Shown one piece after another: positions 1 to 13,285 of a stretch of 20,000 bases of DNA. Source of the DNA: Folioceros fuciformis (Eukaryota). The notes under the pieces are model-generated. The model was not told where the DNA came from. It ran no database searches and saw only the letters and a program-made list of their open reading frames with translations. Each line of letters starts with the position of its first letter. The stretch's first letter is position 1. The position numbers and the translations under genes are program-made. The stretch is from the NCBI GenBank assembly GCA_049999805.1, contig JBNGIO010006316.1, forward strand, positions 219,854 to 239,853. Direction: 5' to 3'.

Positions 1-207
1 GGGGCGGGCGATCTGGAGGCAGCCATTGAGGGACAAACAAAGCGGAGGGAGAGGATGGTCAAGAAAGCCGGGGTGGCGCATCGGGAGGAGACAACTGAGA
101 CACAGGGACAAGTAACGCGGAAGGAAAGGAATGTGAAAAAAGGCGGGGTGGCCGATCGGAAGGAGGCCATCGGAACAGAGAGGCCAGGAAAGCGGAAGAA
201 ATGTGAC
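1..207 (+). repeat. Three degenerate tandem units of ~63-75 bp
   Basis: Units start at 1, 70 and 145 (GGGGCGGGCGATCTGGAGG / GGGGTGGCGCATCGGGAGG / GGGGTGGCCGATCGGAAGG), and each contains GCGGA(A/G)G near its end. Confidence 0.65.
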
Positions 208-234
208 ATTGCCCGAAAATATCCCGATGAATAG
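1..234 (+). CDS. 3' end of an unknown protein with degenerate ~23-25 aa charged (K/R/E/G-rich) tandem repeats; 5'-partial
   Basis: Frame +1 is open from base 1 to TAG at 232-234: GAGDLEAAIEGQTKRRERMVKKA-GVAHREETTETQGQVTRKERNVKKG-GVADRKEAIGTERPGKRKKCDIARKYPDE*. Repeat unit lengths (69, 75 nt) are multiples of 3, and composition turns AT-rich right after the stop. Confidence 0.55.
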   Translation, partial: GAGDLEAAIEGQTKRRERMVKKAGVAHREETTETQGQVTRKERNVKKGGVADRKEAIGTERPGKRKKCDIARKYPDE

Positions 235-617
235 ATCTAATAGTATTTTTGTACCAGTAATCTTGTCCCTAAGAGATGGTTTTACTCATTACGTGGATGG
301 CGGAAAGTTTAGAAATGTAAAGTGACTTAGGTACCGCCTCGCACAATTAAGGAATAGCGATTGTCGACCTTTTCACACTTGATAACAAACAGCCGATAAT
401 CCATGTGCCTGATTGAGCATTACACACTATGCAATCCGCGGGGGTTAGTTCTTATTTGTCATCTTTGTCCCTTACCTTTCTGGCTCCTTGTCCGCACACT
501 ACCTTTAAGTACCCCACCAAGTACCGATCCGGTCCAAGAAAAAGGTCGTGTGCACATTCGGACTAAGCCCGTTTGGAATCTATAGGTTGCGCACTCCTCT
601 TCTTCAAGTGCCGTGTC

Positions 618-3600
618 CTACCTGTGATCAGCCAGCCATGCGGCCACCTGCACCTGCAGTTTTCCTAGTAAAGTGGCTTTGTCCTGCTCAGTGTGCCCGT
701 CTTCCAGAATATTTTTAACACAGCGCAGGTGCAGCCACGCTGCTTCTGCTTTGGCAGTTTCGCTCTCTCCCTTGGAACTCAAACGACGGGTTAGCAGCCT
801 AGGTCCATCTTGCTCCTCCTGGCCTCCATTGCCGTCCTTGCCTGACATATTGCACGAGCCTCCAGATAATTTCTCCAAGCTGGCAGCTAAAGCGGTTGCC
901 CGTGCGACACACTCTTGCGGAATCTGAAACATGTGCAACATAGCGAGCGACAAATCCATCATCACGACTGCATATATGAGCCCCACATAGGATTAACCAG
1001 GCATGCAAGGCACCTCCAACAAACAGACCTGTGCAAGCTGAGCTACATGAAGCCCAAAGCTCCGTTCTGCCAGCCCAGGCACAAGCTTGTACAAAAAAGT
1101 GATGCCCTGTGAAGGAGAATCTGACGAGTCGGACGACTGAGCCCCTCCTCCCAGGAAGGACACGTACAGTGGTGCAATCTGAGCTGGGAACAGGACTTTC
1201 AGATCTGCAACCTCCGGGTAGTGAGTGACAAACAGGACAAGGCACTTGACCTCCTTCACAAGGTAGCGCAGAGTCGCGTAGGAAATGGCTACCCCGTCAT
1301 GTGTGCTAGTCCCTCGCCCAAGCTCATCAACTATCACAAGTGACCGTGGCGAGGCATTCTGCAAGATAAAGGAGGCCTCGTTGAGCTCCTCCAAAAATGT
1401 ACTGGACCCGTGTTGAATGCCGTCAGAAGCTCCCATTCGGGTGTGGATTGCATCCAGCACGTGAAGCCTTGCTGTTGCTGCTGGAACGTACGAGCCAATC
1501 TGTGGACAGTTAAAACGACATGACTCATTTCAATCCACCAGTTTAGGCTTGCATGTCTCTTCAAAAGCAGTTAAGAAAGCACCGTTGGCTTATCTTCCGC
1601 AGCCTGCGGACGACATCGTATCGTTTCATGCCTGCTGACCACCGTTTGCAGCAAGCACAAAACAACAAGCACAACAAATCAACAGTGGCTCACCAACCTG
1701 TGCCATGATAGCTATCAGAGCAACTTGCCGGATGTAGCAACTTTTTCCGCCCATGTTTGGACCGGTGATGAGATGACAATGATCGGCTTTTGCATGCAGG
1801 AATGTGTCATTCGGCACAAACTTGCCACAGAGTCTTGACTCTAGAATCTGATGGACAACCAATTTATCACAAGCGCTAGAACAAACAATCGTTTAAAATC
1901 AACTCTAAGAGGGACAGAAACTACACGAGATAGCAAACACACCGGATGCCGACCAGCCTCGATTATTAACTGGCAAGGCTCTTCGTCTTCAACGAAATGT
2001 GGCCTCGAATAACCCTGCATACACAACTTGTAAAGACCATCGCGCATAGAGCACGTATCCAGCTATAAGAGAAACTTCTGTAAACCAGAAAGCTGAAAAC
2101 ATGCTCATGTGTAAAGGACCAGGAACTACACAGTGGAGGGCGCACCTGACTTGCGGACAGAATAGCAAGCCCCAGAAGACAGTCAAGGGATGCCATCGCA
2201 TGCACGGCAGCCCGAAATTCAGAGTAATGACATGCAAAATCTCCCAGGAACTTGTCCCAAGCCCTGCAGCATGCTGCGGTAAGCTCCTCCTTGGCAACAG
2301 CCAGCCGATCTAGGGTTGCCACGACCTCTGGTGGATGATAGCGATGAACCTTCTTTGTGCTATTGACTTTGAGCCAGTCCGGGGGGACCCTTTGAGAAGC
2401 TGGGACCTATGAGGACTACGGTGAGAGACCAGTGACTACAAAATCTGCATGGAAACCCGACAGACGTTCTAGCCAAGGCTGCTGACCTCTATCAAATATG
2501 AGCTCCCAGATACAGACAGGTATTGTAGACCAGGAATCTTCAACAGCCTGCGGAAGTCCAGCAAAAGGTGTTCCATATCTTTCTCCAAACCATTTATTAC
2601 GAGATGACAGCTTGAAATCTGTCCAGTCAGAGAAAAACATTGCTTAGGTTAGATCTAAGAGTTAGGTGATCCCGGCACAGACTGCCAATTGGGGGAATTC
2701 TGAGACCACGTCTACCTGATGCTACCGTGCTAGTTAGAAACATCCAATGTTATTCAGAGGCGCAGAAACCATGTTCCATAATAAAGCGAAAGCAGACTGA
2801 GTGAATCTTGATGCCAAGGTTCTTAGTCAAGGAATCGTAGGAGACAACCATAGCAACCTCTATGGTTACTCACATCACACAAATGGAATGACCGAGCAGC
2901 ATGCTCACCAAGAAGGTCAAGCTTTTGTGAAAACCAACTACATTCCATTCATAAGGGAAAAAAGCTGCCCAAACCTCGGGGAAATTGTTGCCTGTGCAGA
3001 CAAAAAGATTTTGTTGATCTCCCGCAGAAGCGGCATCAACATTGAGACATGACAACAGCCTTGAAGCATGGGTGCTGACAGATATTGCTGATGCGGCTGC
3101 AACAAGTTTTTTGATGAGTGCAGACTTTAAACCTCCAAAATCTTCCACCTCAGTTGTATCACTGTCCGATACAAAACCTTGTTCTGCACTCTTGTCAACC
3201 AAACGCCTCAGCTGGGTAGAGAACGAGAGCACTGCCTCCATCACGCCTACAAACTTCAACCACAAAGCAAGTCAGCACTTTCTGAAAATGCACACACTGG
3301 AGAAGGAACATAATAGCGACTGTGAAGCTTAGCTACGCAACCTACCTCAGCTGCTGCTGCAGTACGATGCAGCACTCTGGTGATTCCTCGTTCCACATCC
3401 GGCAATCTGCTCAACAACATCAGCGTTGAGGCAAGCAAGCCTGAAGATTGCCCGGACACGCTTTTACCGATGCCAGAGGTTTCGTTGGCGTTCCCATTCC
3501 GTTTCTTTACTACTTCACTAGACCCTTCCACGGGCAGCAGACCAGCACTCTTCAGTGACTCCCTGATTTCGCCAACAGCATCTAATCGGGCTAAGATAAG

Positions 3601-5486
3601 CTCCCGGTCACACAATGGATGGGTCACCTACGAGCAACCCAAACATGCTATGTCAGTTGAGAACCAAACACAGGCCGTTCCACACAATGCAATGTACGAC
3701 AAGACACCATTCAGCGGGTGACAGTACCCAACGGCGCAGCATGCGGGCACCAAATGGAGTGCGGGTGTGATCCATCAGCCAGAGGAGAGAATCTCTTTCT
3801 GTGTGATCTGCAGAGTTTTTAAAAATCTGCAAGAAAATGAGGTACAAAGGTGACTAAAGCTCGAATGCCCACAATTCTGTACATATTGCGGCACAGCGAA
3901 CAGAATCTATGTCCCAAGAGAGATAGGCAAACTTGCCCCCCCTAACGACATCAACGAAGGGAATGTGGGCTAACCTCAAGTTGCTGAATGACATTCGGAG
4001 CCAGGCTCATTTCAAACTTCGCAGACAGAGGTCGGAATGCTGTCTTGACAGAAAGCAGCTTCTCCAATCCAAACTCCTTCAAGTAGCGCACAGCAAGAGC
4101 CATAGCTTCACTGACCAAGTGGTGCAAGGGCACGCCGCCCTAATGCACCCCACCACACAGAAAGAAGGGACGTCAGGGAGTTAAGCAAGAACACGTCAAG
4201 GCCCCCTATCTTGCCAAGGACGGAATCCTCACCAGGTAGCCAAGAGATGGCTCCAGCGGGTCACCAGTCACCGCCATAACCGCGGGCAGGTCATCTTCGA
4301 CATCTAATTTGTGCCGCGACACACATTGGAACCTGACCTGCTTAGACGGTCCAGAGTACCCCCGCAGCAGCTACAATAGGCAAGGAAGGGACTTCAGCAG
4401 CGCCTGTACGTGGTGCTTCACAACAGTAGCTGAATGCAAAGTGGCATACCTTCTCAATTGCGGGGGAGGCAGGTACAGCCAGCAGAATCTCGGCAGGAGA
4501 CAGAGTAAGAAGAAGAGAACTCAGCTTAGCCAGAGAGCGCGTATCAGAGAAAAGTCCATGAAGTACGTCACCAGTGGCGGTATCCACGGCAACCACTCCA
4601 AGGGCAATGCCATCCGGCTCCTGCTCCCGGGCCCAGTCCTGCTCCGCCTGCTGAGGGGCGCAGGAGGTGCACATGAGATAGGAGGGGGGCAATTGGTCGC
4701 ATTCAGGCAAACCCCCGGCCGCACCCAGCGTGGCGCGGGTGTAAAGCGCCGAGAGATGGCGGGAGAAGGGACCCAGCTTGTTGGGCCCATGAGCCTTGAT
4801 TGCAGCAGTCTCAGTCTGGCGCACCACGCCGACCTTGTACCCCGCCTCAACCAGACGCCGCACGTGCACGTGCAGGCGGAAAGTGGGAATGCTGGCAGTG
4901 AGGAAACTGTGGTCGGTGTGAGCCACGATTCCCAGCACGCGGGCAGCAACCTCGGCATCCTGGTCGAAGAACCTGTACTTGTACCCAACTTCCACCAGCA
5001 GCAGCACGTCGGGGTGCTTGGCCTTGAGCTCCACTACCTGTAAATGAAATTCCACCTGCTGGGTCAGGCTCAGGAGAGCAACCCACAACCATCCAGGCAG
5101 CATCTACCCACACCCACCTGGGCCTCCAGCGGCGTCAGGTCCTGGTTCTGGCTTCGCGCGCCCGGATCCTGCCCTTCCCGCTCGCGCTCCTGCGCACCCA
5201 GTCTCCTCACGAATCTTGCATGCCTGTCGCTCGCACTTGGCAAAAGAGCGGGAGCTGCTGCCGGTGAAGCTGCTCGCTTGCGCTTGCGGGGAGAGCGGGG
5301 AGGCCATGACACCTGGACTGCATCACCGGTTGCCGAGGCAGAGGCGGAACCCGAGCCCCTCGCCGGGACAGAGCTACAAGGCGCCGAGGCAGAAGCAGGT
5401 GCCGGGGAAGGCGACGACGCGTTCCCGGAGCTGCTCTTGCTGCTGCTTACGGGAGCGAAGAATCGCGACAGTACTTGCTGCCGCAT
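618..5486 (-). CDS. MSH3: DNA mismatch repair protein MSH3 (MutS-beta subunit), ~1103 aa, 13 exons
   Basis: Exons (minus): 5486-5118, 5037-4450, 4370-4233, 4139-3975, 3826-3728, 3627-3346, 3253-2975, 2618-2487, 2406-2146, 2014-1943, 1847-1698, 1499-1029, 923-618; all GT-AG and in frame. Motifs: N-terminal PIP box [11 protein letters not shown]3-type mismatch-binding EVGYKYRFF, Walker [17 protein letters not shown], Walker [31 protein letters not shown]. Confidence 0.96.
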
Positions 5487-5602
5487 ACCGATATCGTGCT
5501 TTCGGTCCGGGCTCGACTCGATACCGAATATATCGACGCCATGGTTTACTTAGTAGCTACTTACTGCATTCTTGTACATGGTATGGATCCAGGCCGTCAT
5601 TC
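5487..5602. promoter_or_regulatory. Putative bidirectional promoter / 5' leader region between divergent MSH3 and MYST HAT start codons (116 bp)
   Basis: MSH3 ATG at 5486 (-) and MYST ATG at 5603 (+). The interval is CpG-rich in its MSH3-proximal half, with imperfect direct repeat ATACCGATATCG (5485-5496) / ATACCGAATATATCG (5521-5535). Confidence 0.6.
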
Positions 5603-9306
<3,704 letters not shown>

Positions 9307-9483
9307 CAGGCCTTCCCACATCACTTGCAGGACTTTCCATACGAACCGCCAGATGTGACACAGTAGCGACAGGAGTAGCAACCATTCATGTGGACCATTT
9401 TTTCATGATGTACAGTTGGTAGATCGTCCATTTATCCAGCTTGTGGGAAACAATGGACAAGTTAGCCACATTGAAGGAAGCAT

Positions 9484-12400
9484 TTAACAGGGTGTGGAAG
9501 GTGAGCTCAGGAAGAATTTGGTGTTGCTGTAATCTTCAAGGAGAGGATTGAAACCATCTTTCGCTTCCATCTTGCTTATGTCCGCAAATAATGTCATGAA
9601 GTTGGAACAACTAACCTGACAACAGTTGTTTACGATCCTGAGAATCGTTATCCACAAGCCAGGGAAAATAAACAAGAGATCCTGAGAACTACAGGGGCGC
9701 CACAGAACAGCTCAGGAAAATACAGTCAGTGGATAGGTTGAGAAGCTTCCTTACGATTCTTGAAATGCGCCTCTCACAAGGTTTGGACACATCATCATTC
9801 ACTGCAGTCCGAGTAGAGCAATGACGGTCTAGTTGCTGCAATAAGGTAAAATCGGTTGGGAAAAAGATGTCTCCATCTCCCTGAACGTGACCACATTGGA
9901 CTTAGTACCCAATGCCAAAGTTTAGTACATCCTGCAAGAACCCGCTACCGAAGTTTGCTGCATGACATATCTAAAAGAGCACCATGCCGGGAAATCCAAG
10001 CCCCTGAGGAATCGTATTGCGCCCGAATCAGAACCGTGACAAGCTAACCTTTGCATCAAGATATGTCGCATAATCTTCAGTGTGACCGTCCCTCTGTACT
10101 CACAAAAAAGGGTTAAGAAACCCGCTGATACAAAGAGATCAAAACCTAACACGCAAAACAATATAAATGCTGGAAAGCGAAAGAGAGGTGTAGATTTCAT
10201 GCTCTCTGGCTCACACGGGGCTCTCTGTAAGTGGTGAACACCACAACCTCCAACGAAGGTAAACAACAGACGAATCTGACGTCAAGACTGAATTTCCCAC
10301 ATACCTTACTTGCTACCAGGGGCGCTCCTTTGCCAGCCACAGTCACACCCGGCAAGAAACTGAAATCTGCTGCAATTAAACTCATGGTGGGCCGTGCGTC
10401 ATGCAAAACATCCAGTAATTGCTGCTAGCACACAGCACAGAGACTCTTACAACTCCACTACGTGGATAGCAGCATTGCAAATTCCGTCGACAGATAAAAG
10501 TTCCAAAAATAGCAACAAAGGTTCTTGAGAGCCAGCAAAGTCGCTCCAGAACACTCAACAGGTGAAGTACTTACCAGACATCCAGTTGGAATCCAGAAAA
10601 GCTCAGACTTGGGCCGGAGCCTCGGAACTAATCTTTTGACAAAATCAAACCAGCTGGTACTTCCACTAGCATTATCGCCAAAGATGTTTAGAAATTGCTT
10701 TATCAGAGGATCTTGTAAAGGACGGAGGGTTTCAAAAGCTTTACCCCTGTTAAACGAGACAGCCATGGAGCGCAAGTTCACAACAACTATTGACATGGGA
10801 CCATGAATAAGAGTCCATCCTCAAAAGAATGGGTGTGCGAAACCAATCCACAAAGCACAAGAAAGCATACTCAAGCCCGTTTTGAGAGATAACAACTTCC
10901 ATCCACGAGGATAACCGAGAAGGTTTGCAAACCAGGTCATGAGGAAGATTATCTAGAACCTGTGAAAGAATCAAACAATGGACTCAGTTGTATGGAGAAG
11001 ACTGTTCACTGTGAGCGAACTGTGAAGTGGCTGTGTACCTCCAACATGATAATAAAACATGGTTGAGCGTCCACAGAACCTGCACAGTAAGTGCTTTTCT
11101 AAGACTGAATCACTTCACCTTAATATTGACATCCACGACCTCTTATTATACACAGCCAAGCACACCGGGTCATCGATCTCAGCCTTCTTGGCCTAACAAT
11201 TGCTCACCCCATCCATCTCTCTGCAATGCGCTTCGGTTCTCCACGTGATATCTCGTTGTATGGCTTCGAACTGTTCCCAACCGAGCGATCTGCTTGTCTG
11301 CTAAGGGCCTACTGATCTCCACGGATCTGCCATTGCACAATAACCAGTACTGAGGCTGCATGCATTCCAAGAAAGCATTGCCATCATATCATTCTTAAGA
11401 TGCGTAAACTCACGTGTAGCTCATGCTCTCATACGCTGATGGTGCACGAGCTTTTATGTAGTCAAGAACGTCCAGAGCACACCTGCCTGTACCACCTCCA
11501 ATCTCATAGATCTGCATTTGGAGACGTTCCAACAGGGCATGGCATAAGCAGCACAGTGGATGTCCTTAGGCCCGTGCAACTTTACTTTAGTCTCGATGGA
11601 CACACATTCATGATGAATGCAAGTCAGGCCCATCAATAAACCACTGAAACGAGGTCTTAAAACAAACCAATCCCAAAGCAGACCAGCTTTCCACGCCTAT
11701 TGATCCATACCTTCAAAGGTGCTTTGGGGTTGAAAGTCCGCAGAATGTACTCCCCAATAGCAAATCCGTACCAAGGCTAAGTTCACATCACGATATACAC
11801 ATGACCGTACTGAATTACAAAAGCTATGCAGTGTTTTTGCACAAGAACAGCTCGCCACTGAATGGGGAACCCTCGAATGCTCCTTCCAATTGGTAGCCCT
11901 CACAAACCTGGAAAAGTTCAACAGGAGTGAACCAAGAGCTACCGCTCCTCTTGTATATATCCTCCAACGATTGAATGTAATCATGCCTTCCTGCATACAT
12001 CTAGCCCATGGCTCTCAGTATCAATCACCTCCAGCAAAAGGTAAACCAAGCACCCACAACTTTCCCAACATAAAAAAAGCAGTCACTTCACTTTCCATTT
12101 GACGGAGAGGTTATACACCAGTGGACCAGATATGAACTATTGAGCATGGCAAGGGCATACAACCTGAGAAACGGTTGAACTCAATTGGGTGCTCCAGTGT
12201 ACCAACAACCTCTGGATTGGTGGTAAAATATCCAGAATCAGCTTGGTACAGGGCAGAGTGTATGAAGTCCCGGACCTGTTAGACAGACCAACAACTGACG
12301 AGTCTCAGGAAACTCTAAAATGAAGAAGTCACGCAGATTCTTCAGGAGCATGACGTGTCGATTGCTTAAATGCGAACTCGCCAGAAAAATACTTTCAGAA

Positions 12401-12904
12401 ATTCAATCGGCCACTCATGCTTCCATCTGATCCATGGCACTGACTTGTTGTACTGCCTGCAACCATCTTCCCACATTCCTGCGTCTACTACCTCGCATGA
12501 CATGCAATACTCACTAATACGGAACTGTCGTCTGGATTAGGTGGTTCTATCTTTGCAGCTGAAAAGTTCCTCAGTTGAACTCGCTTCGACACCTCCTCTG
12601 ATTTTAGCGTACCTGAAAGCATCCACAAGGTAAGGCTGAGAACTGGTGATTGGAACTGACAATCCGTCTTATTCAGGATGAGGTGCTCGTTAGCTTGGAC
12701 TACAACATGGTGAGCCGAATACAGCTGCGAATCACACCAAATTGTGGCCCGCATATGACAAGTGTGCATACAAGACCAAGCAGAATTGTGCGCTGAAGTC
12801 GACTCAACCGCTGCGGAGATAAATCCCCGAACGCCATAAAACTTGCAGATTAGACGCTGAGCGAACGCTAGTGCCGCTTGGCGCCCCCCCATTGCCGCAG
12901 GCAT
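9484..12904 (-). CDS. NDUFAF7: NDUFAF7/MidA-like (DUF185) SAM-dependent protein arginine methyltransferase, probably mitochondrial, ~451 aa, 14 exons
   Basis: Exons (minus): 12904-12847 (GC donor, tentative), 12612-12515, 12275-12164, 11990-11908, 11776-11711, 11511-11414, 11326-11208, 11079-11039, 10959-10871, 10746-10575, 10421-10305, 10093-10049, 9880-9755, 9615-9484. Motifs: VRDFIHSALY..GYF, WFTPVELFQPWY, SAM motif I IYEIGGGTG, YTSVEIS, LEVLDNLPHDL, ADFSFLP, DIFFPTDF, GFNPLLEDYSNTKFFLS. Confidence 0.88.
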
Positions 12905-13285
12905 GACTCCAATGTGGTCAGCCCCAGGAAATTGGAGCGTCCTTGGAACCCATAAGCTTTTAGGAAAGAGACAGATTTGAATGTAACTACATGTCTAGCT
13001 GCTGGTGCCCTGGCTGCTGATCCTCGGGGCTGCTTTGTCTGGAAGCGCCCCTTGTCCAGTGCAGCGTAATTGCGGCACCCAGCAAGACGGGATCGACACA
13101 TCTCCTCCAGAATTCCAAACAGTCACAGGACCGTCTTGAGGCAGGTGACGGCTTACCCCGAAATCTCGACCGCAGGTGCAGGGAATTGTGTATGCCTTCA
13201 TGTCCCATGGACTGGCTGGAGATGACCCGTTGTTGGATGAGTCCAGTATCGTGTGCTTCTGACCACGCCCTGGCCATGTCTGCAA
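12905..13285. promoter_or_regulatory. Putative shared divergent promoter between the NDUFAF7-like gene and PPR gene 1 (381 bp)
   Basis: Head-to-head ATGs at 12904 (-) and 13286 (+). No convincing coding sequence lies between them and no specific cis element was identified. Confidence 0.4.

Noticed and set aside
403..585. 60-aa ORF between the first CDS and MSH3
   Set aside because: Minimal length, no homology cues, and it lies in the expected 3' UTR/terminator zone.
10421..10427. TAGCAG tandem (NAGNAG) acceptor in the NDUFAF7-like gene
   Set aside because: Real in sequence but common, and it changes the protein by a single Gln.
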